A stretch of DNA of 64,000 nt from Octopus vulgaris. Taxonomy: Eukaryota. Shown in pieces: positions 42,101 through 56,055 of this stretch; the stretch's first letter is position 1; the number at the start of each line of letters is the position of its first letter. The DNA lies in the NCBI GenBank assembly GCA_951406725.2, contig OX597836.1, positions 2,790,001 to 2,854,000 on the forward strand. Reading direction: 5' to 3'. Under the pieces are notes generated by a model that was not told the origin of the DNA, did not search any database, and saw nothing but the letters and a program-made list of their open reading frames with translations. Position numbers and translations under genes: made by a program.

Positions 42101-42706
42101 GATCTACACAATCACGATAACAAAATATATTCGACTGTAGATGCGCACACACTAACAGTCCAACGTTTGCGGTGGAAAGATCGGAAAAATAAAAAAAATA
42201 TAAAAACGCTGAAACAACACTCAAGAAAGACAAAGACTAACAACGAAAAATAAAAACATGAAATATTATCACTAACAGCACGACGCGAGTATTTCTAGAA
42301 AGCAACACCCCACCAAAAAAAAAGAAAAAACGGTAAGAACAGTGAGTAGAACCGTATGAAACCTGCATTCCATTTTTCTATTCCATTGAAGATGGAGTTT
42401 AAAATTCATTATGCAATATGAATTTATTAAAACGAGTTTTTGATTATAAAAAGATGATTCTTACAATAACAATAACAAACAAAATAGTACAAAAAAGACA
42501 AAGGGAGAAGCAGACAGACAGAGTCGGGGAGAGAGAGAGAGAGAGAGTGAGAGAGAAAGAGTCTATAGGAAAGTGCGTGGGGGGAGAGGGAGATATAAGA
42601 AAAGGGGAGGGGATAGAAACTATCAAGTTTAAATTGACATAGCATAATAACGTGTTTGGGAGAAAGTATACACAACCACCAACAGAAAAGTCATATACAC
42701 ACATGG

Positions 42707-42750
<44 letters not shown>

Positions 42751-42757
42751 TCGTTTA

Positions 42758-42797
<40 letters not shown>

Positions 42798-42852
42798 AAT
42801 ATACACGTATTTACACAGACATGTCTATATATTCATATATCAATATATATGT

Positions 42853-42914
<62 letters not shown>

Positions 42915-42984
42915 GTATGTACGTATATGTATATATATGCATATATATATCTATACATACATACATATATATACATATATATAC

Positions 42985-43062
<78 letters not shown>

Positions 43063-43884
43063 TAATGTATATATATATATGCATACATATACGTTTGTAT
43101 GTGTGCGTACATTATATATATATATATATACTAGACTCTATTATATATAGTGAAGTAGAAAGTGAAAACCAAGATGGCAGAAGAGAAATAAATGACTCAA
43201 AATATTGATTTATAGGCTGTTTGCACGCTTCAGTGATTTTACAGTCGATTATATCAATCCCTGTTACTTGTTTGCTGTATATTTTTATCAAGCTCAAAGG
43301 GACGAACGATTAAGCTACACGAAAGCTCGTAACTAAATACCGAACGTCGTACGAGTCTCCGCTCTACTGACTTCTTCATCCATTGACCTTTGAAGTCAAA
43401 AAACCTATATTGATTTCTAACATATGTGTAAGGCCAGAAATCCTTTTGATCAAGGGTTAGATATAATCGATTATATTGACCTCATGGGGGATTTCGGCGA
43501 AAACTCCGATAAATTCAATTGCCGAAAGGAGTGATGATTTAAATTTTTCTAAGCTTTGCAATCGTCTGACGGCGCGATTTAAGGAGGTCTGTGGTTATTG
43601 CTCTGCTCTAGCTGTTAAACGATCATCGTTTCTCCACGAATATTGGCGAAAGCACGATTTTGGCCAATATTTACCGATATTTTCCTTAGCTTTTTTTTTT
43701 TATAAGGTACTATGTTAAACGTATCACATTGCTGCTGCGATGTCTAATGAATATAACGAGCATGAAAAGGCACAAATCGTTGCTTTTATTCAATACTCGA
43801 TTTTAACTACTGTTTGATCTGAAGTCAGAACTGAAGCATAGAATATACTCAATATTGCACGCTTATATCTCTAGATATTATTTC

Positions 43885-43973
43885 TGTGTTATTTGTTTCA
43901 GTCATGTGACTGCGGCTGTGATGAAGCACTACCTTGAAGCGTTTTATCCGAACAATTCGAGACAAGAAACCCG

Positions 43974-44027
<54 letters not shown>

Positions 44028-44185
44028 CGGGTTTCTTGCAATTTCCATCGACTAAATCCACTCAGAATGCTCTAGTCGGCCCGAGGCCGTAGTTGAAGAT
44101 ATTTACACGATGTGCCATGCCGCTTGACTGAAAGCAGTGCCATATGGTTGGGATCCAAAATTCTTACTACAAAGACACGACTATA
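43885..44185 (-). mobile_element. SINE family C, internally deleted
   Basis: TGTTTCAGTCATGTGACTGCGGC at the 3' end; AAATCCACTCA..GTCGGCCCGAGGC..GAAGA at the 5' half. Confidence 0.75.
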
Positions 44186-44654
44186 AATGTCGAGCACGTT
44201 TTGCAGTCTACTTAGAGAGAACCTGTATTTATCATATCGCATTTCGTTAAACATTAAAGGCCAAGCCTTTAGAAGATAGAGCGTTAAGTGACCTCTCTAC
44301 GTAGAAGCTCATTTTGTATCGAGTTATATAAATCCAAACAGATTACGTTAATTGTGAATTGGTTCCTGGATTAAAGCCAAAAATAAGCCTTCTTTCTTCG
44401 GCAGCACAATACACGGGGGAAATATATGCAAATAATTGCACTTAACGAACAAAGCATGTTTACACGACTTCATACAATTATTTACCGGGACTCGCATGTC
44501 TAAGTAATGACCAGGTAAGGTCGTATTTTGTCTTCGCTTCCTTAAGTCTGCAGATAAAACCATCCAGTGATGTCACATGCCTTTGAAGGATATTTCGAAA
44601 GATAGAAAGTAAGCAAACCGATACAAGAAATCTTTAGAGCGACATTTTTAATTG

Positions 44655-44760
44655 ATGCATCTGAAGACACCAAGAACCACGAATCGAAACATATGTTGTA
44701 CTTGATAAAAATCGAATCCACATTCCATCTCTTATTTTATCAATACTATATATTTTTGGC
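44655..44760 (+). mobile_element. Decayed PLE-like 3' end with canonical-core hammerhead remnant
   Basis: CTGAAGA...GAAA-CATATG-TT (palindromic ACATATGT), helix II eroded; resembles minus-strand GAAACACATGTAAGCTTGAATAAA at ~45470-45497. Confidence 0.3.
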
Positions 44761-45444
44761 AATGTATTTTTACATTCCTCTTCTATTATTTAATCGTTCA
44801 CTCATATCCAGTTTTTCGGGAGCTAGCAAACTGCTTTAGAAATTTTCTTTCCAGACTGACCAGCAACAGAGATACTAAAAACCAACTAAAATAATAAAAG
44901 CAGGAACTAAAAGGAAGAGAACCTAAAAATAAACCCATTCAAGTAATCCTAAATATGGAAAAGTAAAAAGAAATGAAGAATAACGAGAAACTAATGGAAT
45001 ATAAAATGAAGTTCTTCGAAACGAAAACTAAATATGTAAGAGAAAAATATTCCGTAAAAATGTGAAGAATTTTAATATGCTTATAGCATTATCGTAACAA
45101 ATCGAAAAAAATCTGTCGCAATGTTCTCCAAAATATACAATTATAAAGAAATATTGTATTAAATGTAACATATTATGTAAAATATTGAATGTTTATAATT
45201 GGCTGGTTGGATATATAAATTATAAGGTTGGAGAAATTATTGCTGTTACAAATATTAAGCTGATGTTTATTAAAACGTGACAGATATATTAGAAATGTGA
45301 TTTCCATGTGCCATGTATAATATTGACGCAAATATAAAACACAAAAATAGACAACCACTCTATATGTGTTTGTGTGTGTGTGAGTGTGTATGTATGTATG
45401 AGTGCATGTATGTATGTATGTATGAGTGCATGTATGTATAAACG

Positions 45445-46330
45445 CACAAAATTAATGGATAATTATATATTTTATTCAAGCTTACATGTGTTTCGTATAG
45501 GTTTGGAGAATCATTGTCACCAAAAGCATTAATCACATTTGTTAATCGGTCCCATAATCCAAGGATTGATTAAAGTAGAGAGGAAATACTGATTAAGCGG
45601 ACCTCTATGTCTTTCACAGTTCACCTCTTATTAGCCTGGTTTTCTCTTCCTTTTAGTCTTTTTAATGTATTTCACACAGATCGAATTTCTTTTTTCACTA
45701 AACACGCAGACACACGCGTCTGTGTTTGTCCTCCCACCATCGCTTGGCAACCTATGCTGGTGTGTTTACGTGCCCGTAACTTAGCGGTTCGACAAAAGAG
45801 AACGATAGAATAAGTACTATGCTTACAAAGAATAAGTCCTGGTGTCGATTTACTCGACTGAAGTCGGTGCTCCAGCATGGCCGCTGTGAAATGACTGAAA
45901 CAAAAACAAATATGTGTGCGTGCGTGCGTGCGTGTGTGTGTGTGTGTATGTGTGTGTAGATAGGTAGCTTTTAGGCATGTAGGTGTTGACCGATTCCGTT
46001 ACTGACAATAACAGTTTTAGGCTTAATTGCACAGCGCGCATCAAATAATTAACAAAACGGTAATTTAGAGATAAAACGGACAATGTTCTCGCAGACTGTT
46101 GTAGGGTTAACGAAACAATATTATCTCACCAATTCCTTTCTCCAACTGTTGCAACAAACAGGACAGTTGTAATTGCTGAATACGACCTTGCAATTAGAAG
46201 GCAGGATTGATTAAGCACCTTTCGCACAATATCTTAATAGCAATCTCTGAGAAGGAACGAAGCACATAAATTTTAGATGTTGCTAATCAATTTGTTGAGG
46301 TGAAAATTCAACTCGGGAACTTTACTCGAC
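45445..46330 (-). mobile_element. Decayed Penelope-like element endonuclease region and 3' end, split by a SINE
   Basis: Minus-strand remnants KVVFS, NIV, SNGIGQHL and ENQANKR*TVKDIEVRLIS, followed by GAAA-CACATG-TA and AATAAA. Confidence 0.35.
45715..45905 (+). mobile_element. SINE family C 3' half, well preserved
   Basis: CATCGCTTGGCAACC..CCCGTAACTTAGCGGTTCG..GATAGAATAAGTAC..GGTGCTCCAGCATGGCCGC..ATGACTGAAACAA. Confidence 0.88.
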
Positions 46331-46394
46331 GTAATAAACATTTTTACCGCTCACATCGCCGGGATTTCAGCTATATTTCAGTATTTCAGTTATG

Positions 46395-47425
46395 TATGTG
46401 TATATGTGAGTGTGTGTGTGGAGGTATATGCGTGTATGTGTGAGTGTGTGTGGAGGTATATGCGTGTATGTGTGTGTGTGTGTGGAGGTATATGCGTGTA
46501 TGTGTGAGTGTGTGTGGAGGTATATGCGTGTATGTGTGAGTGTGTGTGGAGGTATATGCGTGTGTGTGTGTGTGTGTGGAGGTATATTCGTGTATGTGTG
46601 TGTGTGTGTGTGTGGAGGTATATGCGTGTATGTGTGTGTGTGTGTGGAGGTATATGCGTGTATGTGTGAGTGTGTGTGTGGAGGTATATTCGTGTATGTG
46701 TGTGTGTGTGTGGAGGTATATGCGTGTATGTGTGTGAGTGTGTGTGGAGGTATATTCGTGTATGTGTGTGTGTGTGTGTGGAGGTATATGCGTGTATGTG
46801 TGAGTGTGTGTGGAGGTATATTCGTGTATATGTGTGTGTGTGTGTGGAGGTATATGCGTGTATGTGTGAGTGTGTGTGGAGGTATATTCGTGTATGTGTG
46901 TGTGTGTGTGTGGAGGTATATGCGTGTATGTGTGAGTGTGTGTGGAGGTATATTCGTGTATATGTGAGTGTGTGTGGAGGTATATGCGTGTATGTGTGAG
47001 TGTGTGTGGAGGTATATGCGTGTATGTGTGAGTGTGTGTGTGGAGGTATATTCGTGTATGTGTGTGTGTGTGTGGAGGTATATGCGTGTATGTGTGTGAG
47101 TGTGTGTGGAGGTATATTCGTGTATGTGTGTGTGTGTGTGTGGAGGTATATGCGTGTATGTGTGTGTGTGTGGAGGTATATGCGTGTATGTGTGAGTGTG
47201 TGTGGAGGTATATGCGTGTATGTGTGTGTGTGTGGAGGTATATGCGTGTATGTGTGAGTGTGTGTGGAGGTATATTCGTGTATGTGTGTGTGTGTGTGTG
47301 TGGAGGTATATGCGTGTATGTGTGTGTGTGTGTGTGGAGGTATATTCGTGTATGTGTGTGTGTGTGTGGAGGTATATGCGTGTATGTGTGTGTGTGTGTG
47401 TGTGGAGGTATATGCGTGTATGTGC
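46395..47425. repeat. Minisatellite, 31 units of 30-36 bp: GGAGGTATAT(G/T)CGTGT core plus variable (GT)n
   Basis: 31 GGAGGTATAT cores counted between 46420 and 47404. Confidence 0.95.
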
Positions 47426-48559
47426 ATGTGTGTGTGCATGTGTGTGTTTGTGCTAGTGTGCGTCTGTGTATATGTTCAAACTATGAACACTCTTTTTATT
47501 GTCATTACCATGATTTTTAATTTTTATTTTTATTCTTCTATCAACACGCAGGGACGCAAAAAATTGATTAAGATAAGCAAATAGTAGTAATAGTAGTAGT
47601 AGTGGTAGCAGCAGCAGCAATAATAGTAGTAGTAGTAGTAGTAGTAGTTTAAAATCTGACTTCTTTTCTCTACATCACAATGAGTATCTCTTTTAAAAAC
47701 CAGATCCTTTTTCAGAAGTAGACGAGATACAATTTTTTAAAAAGAGGAGAGTATATATACTTACATACGAATATATGCAGCCATAAAATGTAAACCGATG
47801 TGGACAACATAACGGTGTCAGTCACCAAAAGAGATCCTGCGACATAAGTCAAGTTATTTGTTATTAGTAGAAGGAAGCAAGACAAGCAAACAGCCATTGC
47901 AGCTCATATTTTTTAAAAAATGGTATTTAAGAGAAAATTGTTTTGATGAAAAGAGTTAAGTTCACGATGCCTGTAAAGAAAATGTCTGCATGGCCATAGG
48001 TAGAAAACTTTCAAAATAATTTCAATATTCAACGGTTACAGTAATTTATGTTGTCTACCGTAGTTTGATTCCGTATCAGGCATAACTGCGGGCAAAAGCG
48101 AGGAGAGCCGTGCCCCCCTTTCAATGAAATTTATATGAGGATATAGCATTATCAAATATGTATAAAAGAACGAACTGAAAAAATCGTTATCACACAGTGA
48201 AAATGTTTACCTTCATTTTCTTCCTTCTTTACGTTCTGATTTAAATTCTGAAAAAAGGTTATCTGTTTGTTTTCTATACCACCTGTCTTTGTCTTTGTTA
48301 TTTTGGTGAATTATTTTTGGTATATATATATATATATATATATATATCAGTATTTCCTTCAAGACAGTAGGATATGAATTCGAAAAACTAGAAAATGTTG
48401 TTCTTCAGAAATAAATTTGTTATACATGTAAGCATTACGCATTTTACTCTAAACGTCTGCACAGCACGCCTTTTGAAAACAACCGTAAACATCATCGACG
48501 CTTTCCTTTTTCATGGTTAGATTCCAGGTTAAATTTGCACATTACAGAGGATCTTTTGA

Positions 48560-48900
48560 ATAAACTAGGTGTTCTCTGCAGCATACCGCTGTATATTTTC
48601 TGGTTTCCGTGGTAGGTTTTGATGTAATTAATTCTGACAAGCTTTGACAAATCCTCGCAGCTGTAGGTTAGCATCCTTTGGAAATGTAACTACGCAGGAA
48701 AAATATGTCCTTCCTTTCTAATATGATGTTCAAAAGGAGAAATGCATTCCCAAATATATTTTTTCTAAAACTTGCTTGATGTTAAACGTGGTTGAAATTC
48801 ATCTATTACCGATTTTGTTTGAACATGACATCATCTTGACCTCGAGTCAATTCCTTAGAAACATCCAATTGCATATCGTCAACTATGCATGTGTTTGCAG
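48560..48900 (-). mobile_element. Decayed Penelope-like reverse transcriptase core
   Basis: Minus-strand remnants in the expected order: IVDDM (YVDD), MNFNH, AFLLLNIILERKD (LPFLD..I.R), NYIKTYHGNQK (Y...S.HP...K). Confidence 0.35.
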
Positions 48901-49065
48901 GGAAAAAGAGTTCTGCTTGACAATTTCCATGATAATCAGGACGTCTCATCCGCACAGAATTGAAGGAGATAATCACATAATCTATTTCACGCACAAACAC
49001 ACGCACACGCACATATGCATATAAATGAATGTAAATATATGTGTACATATAAATATATATGTGTG

Positions 49066-49156
<91 letters not shown>

Positions 49157-49298
49157 TCCATCAAGAAATCGAGTTAAGCTGCACTGAGTGACATCTTCGG
49201 CAATAGTTTTTACTTTAAACTTAGGTCGACTACAAAAAGAAAGAACATCTCGAAGCCTTTCTTGCTTATGTATATATATGTATGTATTTGTGAGTATG

Positions 49299-49595
<297 letters not shown>

Positions 49596-50131
49596 TGTTT
49601 CTTTATTAGCCACACAGGGCTGCACACAGACAGGACAAATTACAAGGTAGAGCTTTTCTTTTGTGTGTAAAAAAGGTGGTTTGGTTTTCGATCAAAAGGG
49701 ATCGTAAAAAGAAAGAAAGAGGACAAAAAAGGGGGGGATAATTGATCAATAGGGATCGTTATCACAGAAATGTCAATATAAAGCGTAAAGGGGAGGACAG
49801 GTTAGGTTTACCCGTGGAAAGAAAAGCCTATGGAAAAGACCACGGTAACATGAAGTCACATGTTATATTTTTTTACAAATAAGCAACTCTCTGTATTAAT
49901 TTTTACGGTTCATAGAATCATAGTCAAGGTGGCTTCGTCATTCATACGTGCCATCCTTGCTACATTCACCCATCTTTTTTTAAAACATCCACTAGACAAC
50001 ACTTGCCACTCTACTCTCACTTTCCTCTTCAAGTGATACTTGAAGAAGTTGATGAGAGATTGACCAGAGAGGAAAGTGTTTGTCTCTAATCCTTTCAGGC
50101 GCGTCCACCAGATACATTCTTTCGCCATAGC
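49596..50131 (-). mobile_element. Second 5'-truncated copy of the L1/Tx1-type LINE
   Basis: [45 protein letters not shown] is nearly identical to 38283-38500; identical 3' junction with (GATA)n. Confidence 0.92.
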
Positions 50132-50749
50132 ATGTGTATGTATGTATATATGTATGCCATGTATGTGTGTGTATGTATGTATGTATGTGTGTGTGTATGT
50201 ATATATGTATGTATGCATGTATGTATGTATGTATGTATATATGTATGTATGTATGTATGGATGGATGGATGGATGGATGGATGGATGGATGGATGGATGG
50301 ATGTGAATACCTCTATGTATGTATGTATGTTTGTGTGTATGTGTGTGTATGTATGTATGTATAGAAAAACATAGAAACAGACGTACAGAAATGTTCATGT
50401 CGGTCCATAACTGAAATTCCTTTACGCTCACCAGAAACCAGAGATTCCCTGCGCATCGATCGTGTGTGGATATCTTATTTAATATGGTGTTGCTCGTAAC
50501 TTGGAAACTGTCTAAATTTCCAAGTGAAAGAGACAGCACTGATGATGTTAATCGTAACGTAATTCATAATAAATTCAAATGAGACGGATGATGACAACAA
50601 CAATGGCTCACATCCATTATTTTCCCTGCTAGGTACTCAACTCGTCCTCATCTTCATCATCATCAGCATTAATCTCATCCTAATCATCACTTAACGGAAG
50701 ACAATCCATATTTTGTTTGTGACCAGCACTGACGCGAGATGGTGGAGAA

Positions 50750-50787
50750 ATGATGATGATGACGACGACGACGTTGAAGATGATGAT

Positions 50788-50819
<32 letters not shown>

Positions 50820-50958
50820 TCATCAGGATGATGTTGATGATGATGATGTTGAGAGGAAGAGTATGCTGCTGTCGTTGTCTTTATAATGATAGTGTTGGTG
50901 ATGATGCGGATGGTGGGTAAATAATGACGATGACTACGATGTCAACGACGACGACGAC

Positions 50959-51039
<81 letters not shown>

Positions 51040-51370
51040 AATGATGATGATGATGATGATGATGGTGATGGTGATGGTGATGATGATGGTGATGATGATG
51101 ATGATGATGACGATGATGATGATGATGATGATGATGGTGGTGATGATGATGATGATGAAGATGATGATGATGATGATGATGATGATGGTGGTGATGTTGA
51201 TGATGATGATGATGATGATGATGATAATGATGATGTGATGATGACGATGATCATGATGATGATGATGACGACGATGATCATGATGATCATGATGATGACG
51301 ATGATGGTGGTGATGTTGATGGTGTTGGTGGCGTTAGCTGTGCTTGTGGCATGGGTGGTGCTGGTGGTGG
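50750..51370. repeat. (GAT)n/(GAG)n microsatellite field
   Basis: Directly visible. Confidence 0.95.
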
Positions 51371-51675
51371 AGCTGATAGCAATAATGGCTGTATTGCTGG
51401 AAAAACGAAAGAAGCCGACAGAAGAAGAGTAAAAACCACGTGAGTGCAACAAAAGAAAAAAAACTGACATAACAACAAAAAATAAATGATCGACAAAAAA
51501 TAAAAGAGAATTCACCGACTTAATGAACAAGACATTCATCAATTATCCGGAATAATTTTTATGTCTTGTCAATATATTTTAATAATTTATAATGATTTAT
51601 GCATTAATTGGTGGAGGACAGAAAACTGTGGAGAAGAAATCAGCGTCGAAGGGAAGAAGAACATGTGAAAAAATA

Positions 51676-51840
51676 GGAAACTGCTGTGTGGTAAAAAGAT
51701 TGCTTCGTAAAAACATGTTTGGGAGTTCAATCCCAATGCGTGGAAACCCGAGGGTTTGTCTTTCACTAGAGCCTCCGACTAGCCGAAATGTAATGGATAG
51801 ATTTGGTGGAGGAAAAAGTGGAAAGAACCCGTCATATATA
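51676..51840 (+). mobile_element. SINE family C 5' half
   Basis: GCTGTGTGGTAAAAAG..GAGTTCAATCCCAATGCGTGG..GATTTGGT..GAAAGAACCCGTCATATA. Confidence 0.65.
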
Positions 51841-51843
51841 TAT

Positions 51844-51915
<72 letters not shown>

Positions 51916-52180
51916 GTAGATTATATAGATAGATAGATAGATAAATGAAAGAATGGAGTCGAACGACGATTTAACAAAATTCCTTAACAAAATTCCCAAT
52001 CCAGAACTGAAATTCCTTTCATTTATCTATAGTATAAAAACACACAAATTTGCACACAAAAGCACGTGATTTCTGCCTTTTGGCATGTAGCTTCAACCGT
52101 GCTTTCTGACGTAAATTTGCTACCCGGGTATCGGTTAACCGAATTATCCATACTAGGATAATTCATTCAACTACTACTTA

Positions 52181-52216
<36 letters not shown>

Positions 52217-52599
52217 TTTGAGCTGTCATAGAAATATCAGCAAGACAATTATTCATTCTGGTAAGAGATAAATATTTAAAAATTATTTAGAAAATCTTAG
52301 ATATGTTTCGACCACGGATTGATCCAGGCCTTGTCTAAATTAATAGCACCACGTGATAGGATTATCTAAATCCTTTTAAAGTCAAGTTTTGTCGTACCAT
52401 AGTCCATTCGAGTTGGGAGTTCTTGTTGAGTGAGTTGTATCCAGGTATATGTGGCTTATCCGTTATCCCTTGAAGAAATTTGTCCAGATTCCGTTTGAAG
52501 GTGACGAGATCCTATTCCTCTTTGATCTGCTTTGGGACAATGTTAAACAGGCCCTGCCCTGTTGGGGAAACGAAATTGTGTTGCAGGCACATATATGAG

Positions 52600-52795
52600 T
52601 GTGAGCGTGTCTTTTTATCTGTGTTTGTGAGTGGTTGTCTTTGTGCCTGTCCCGATCTCCGTTTGACATCCGGCGTTTTTGTATTTATGTCCCCGTAATT
52701 TAATTGTGCAGCAGAAGGATTCTATAGAACAGTGCTGACCAATCTTTTCCGAACATGGGCCCGATTTAAGAAAAAAACAGCTCCAGTGGCCTGGA
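52600..52795 (+). mobile_element. SINE family C 3' half, degenerate
   Basis: GTTTGACATCCG..TTTATGTCCCCGTAATTTA..GCTCCAGTGGCC. Confidence 0.5.
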
Positions 52796-53399
52796 CTCAT
52801 ATTTCTAGTCTTTCATTCTTTAATACAACTACTTGAAATGGTCTGAAAAAGTATCCAGAACTGAAATTATTGATTTTATTTATTATTCTCAGTAATTACC
52901 AATTATATAATTATTATTCACATCTCAATTTATACATATATACGAGGCTACTTCTACTTCGTAATTGCTACCAAAAACTGATAGTCTCCAGATGACCATA
53001 TATGATCATATATGATCATGTATATGATCATAAAAAATAATTCGAGTTATAACTTTACATTCTACAAAATAGATTTAGCAGTTGATTGAGAGTTAAGGAA
53101 AAAGTATTTGTTCAAATGGTATTTAATAATAAAACAATTTCATTTTGGATGTATGATGAACGAAAATATCAATGAGAAACTTGAAACCGATTCATGTTAT
53201 TAAGAAGTTTTTCAATGTCTGCCGGAATATCTGTTAAGACCGGATATGGAGGTGAGCATCACTCAGAGAATTTACTTTGTCTGATTTTACCAATTGCATA
53301 TAAATAAATAGTAAGATTTTTTTTAAAAAGTAGGGGCTAGCTTCCTTTCATTCTAATCCATGGTTGCACTCTAATGAGTGAAATATATAAAGAAAAAAC

Positions 53400-53620
53400 A
53401 AAAGATGAAAAAATTACTTGTATGATTATATTTTATTGATTCGATATCAGAGGAAGTGGATAGTTTCGACCCTTCCGTACGGTCCCCAAGTTGTTGGGAG
53501 AAATAAAAGCGAATATACGAAGGAATTAGTTTCAACAGAGGAGAATTTGCAAAAGTCAACAAAGATTGAGGTGTTCGTGTTAAAAGCAGGCACCTGATGA
53601 TGTCAGTCACCTAAAGTCAT
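53400..53620 (-). mobile_element. Decayed PLE-like 3' end with hammerhead remnant
   Basis: Minus strand: GACC-GTACGGAAG-GGTC-GAAA-CTA-TC then AATAAA; the CUGANGA box is corrupted; upstream VPAFNT resembles the P.LN end of a PLE ORF. Confidence 0.3.
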
Positions 53621-54027
53621 AAATACAAACCGTAATTGGAACCAGTTCTGAAGTGAAGAAATATCAAAAGGAAAGGAATATTCAGCTGTTGGTTATAAAC
53701 ATTTCATGTCATCCACATGTAATGTAGAAGTTCAAAGACGTTTCTCACTAAAGCAACGAATGCATGCATGCGTTAGAGTGGACCTCCATCTAATTGAATC
53801 TCTTTGATGTGTACTGCTTCATAAATTAACATAAATTAGCAGGTTAGTCCTGTAGTCGCATGCGCAGTATTAGGGCTGCACATCATGTTTTTATAATTTT
53901 GTGTGTGCCCACACATAGACACACACAGACACACACATATATACATACACAAATATATATATGCACACACATACACACACACACATATATGTATATATAT
54001 ATATACACACATACATAACACTTACAT

Positions 54028-54058
<31 letters not shown>

Positions 54059-54060
54059 TA

Positions 54061-54115
<55 letters not shown>

Positions 54116-54429
54116 GTAGGCATATACACACACGTACACACACACATATATATTTGTGCAGGTTCTTCCATACGCCCATGCATACATTCATCTGCACATG
54201 TTTATATATGTATGTATATAAGTGAATATGTGAGTGTACGTGTGTCTATGTGTGTGTTCTTGCGCGCGCGTACGTGTGTGTGTGTATGTGTGTGTAGAAT
54301 ATATACAAATCTTGTACCCACACAAAAATTAGATTCTTATTTCTTCACGCCGAATGTCTTCCGGTCTGGTGGTGGAAAAATGATGCAATACTTAGAAACA
54401 TCGTTGATATTTGGGTCTTTTTCTTGTCG

Positions 54430-54720
54430 GTGATGGAGACCATCAGTTTCGGTTTTAGTGGTATTGTTGCTAAGGACAACGGTGCTCTATTGGTGCTGTA
54501 ATTGTTGTCTTTTCTGGTGACGAAATATTAGTATCGTTGTTGTTCTTCTTGCTGGTTACGGTTTTACTGCCGCTCTTACTATTAATATTTGTGTAGATAT
54601 TCTTCAAATTGCTGGTGGTTTTGCGCTTTTTTTTTGTTTTTGGTTTTGGACAAATTTCCTCAAATATTCCGACCAACCATCTACACCCGGAAATCTCTCC
54701 AACTATAAAAGCTCGTAGCT
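54430..54720 (-). mobile_element. Possible decayed Tx1-type ORF1 fragment
   Basis: Frameshifted CRW..SEYLRK..CPKPKTKKKR resembles a gag knuckle followed by a T/N-rich tail. Confidence 0.25.
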
Positions 54721-54984
54721 AACAGTAGTCCACGGTGTGCCATAAAAGACTCCCACCATGTGTTGCGAAAAATTTAGATATGGCCTGGGGGCTGGCTATT
54801 CGCTGAAACCTATCGCAGTTGATACGCTGGAAAACTGGTGTCGCTGATATTGCAATAATGTTATTAGTTGTTTTTGGTGGAGATCATAGGTGTAATGCTA
54901 CTCTGGATTTTAGTGGTGGTGGTGGTGGTAGTGTTGTATTGTTAGTACCGTTATTGTTACGTGTAATAATGTGGAGTACATGTA

Positions 54985-55130
54985 GAATCCTTCTGCGTCC
55001 AAATTCCGCTGTTGTTGATAGTACCTTACGGGATCGATAAATTAACTACCAGTCAAGCACTGGAGTCGACGTAATTAACTTAACCCTTATTCAAAATTTC
55101 AAACCTTGTCCCTAAAGCAGAAACGGTTAT
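54985..55130 (+). mobile_element. SINE family B, degenerate, type-2 tail
   Basis: CAAATTCCGC..GATCGATAAATTAACTACCAGTCAAGCACTGGAGTCGAC. Confidence 0.65.
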
Positions 55131-55586
55131 TGTTTTTGGATAATACTGACAATGAGCTATCATTTTTTATTGTTAATATTATTATTGTTTAAAACTAGCT
55201 CCCTTGATCAATCTCATTCGTGCAGTAAGCCCTTCCATCTCACCCTATTTCCAAAGGGACTTTATCGGACTGTTTGCCTTATGAGTTCGTTCCAGATGTA
55301 GTTTGATGTGAGCTCTTTGATTCTTATTTCTTGTATGCCAAGATATTCTGTAGAGGCTTCAACGTTGTCGCTTGCAGATGGTTTTCTCATTTCTGTTGTT
55401 TACACCAGACGTTTTTCAACAATGATTTGAATATAGAATATTTTGTTTAGCAGAATTTCCATTTATATTATTAAAACTTGCTAGCTTTTCTTATTAGAAT
55501 ATCTTATCGCTAAACAGAAAATATACAGCAATTTACACACACTATGTGTGTATGTGTGTATATATATGTGGTGTATATATATATAA

Positions 55587-55646
<60 letters not shown>

Positions 55647-55669
55647 TCTTTTATTCTTTTATTCTTATT

Positions 55670-55970
55670 CTCTTTTACTTGTTTCAGATATTCGACTGCG
55701 GTCGTGCTGCAGCACTGCCTTTAATATATCGAAGAGACCCTAGGGTTTATTCTTGGTAAACCTAGTATATATTCTATCGGTCTCTTTTGCCGAACTGCTA
55801 TATTACGGGGACATCGGTTATCAAGTGATTGTTGGGTGAGAAATACAGAAACACAAACATATATATAGGTCGGCCAGAAGCTTTTGTACAAGTGTTTCGC
55901 GAAAGGTTCCACACTGGGAATGAACACGGAGCCACGTGGTTGGGAAGCAGGCTTCCTACTGTACAACCAC
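55670..55970 (-). mobile_element. SINE family C
   Basis: TACTTGTTTCAG..GACTGCGGTCGTGCTGCAGCAC..TCTATCGGTCTCTTTTGCCGAAC..TTACGGGGAC..GGTTGGGAAGCAGGCTTC. Confidence 0.8.
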
Positions 55971-56010
55971 ACACACACACGCACACGTATATATGCATGT
56001 GTGTATGTAC

Positions 56011-56055
<45 letters not shown>

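Noticed and set aside
46390-47439. 349-aa His/Thr-rich ORF and CRISPR-like repeat-spacer appearance
   Set aside because: The ORF is the minisatellite read through; the linkers are (GT)n rather than unique spacers; no cas genes and a eukaryotic context.
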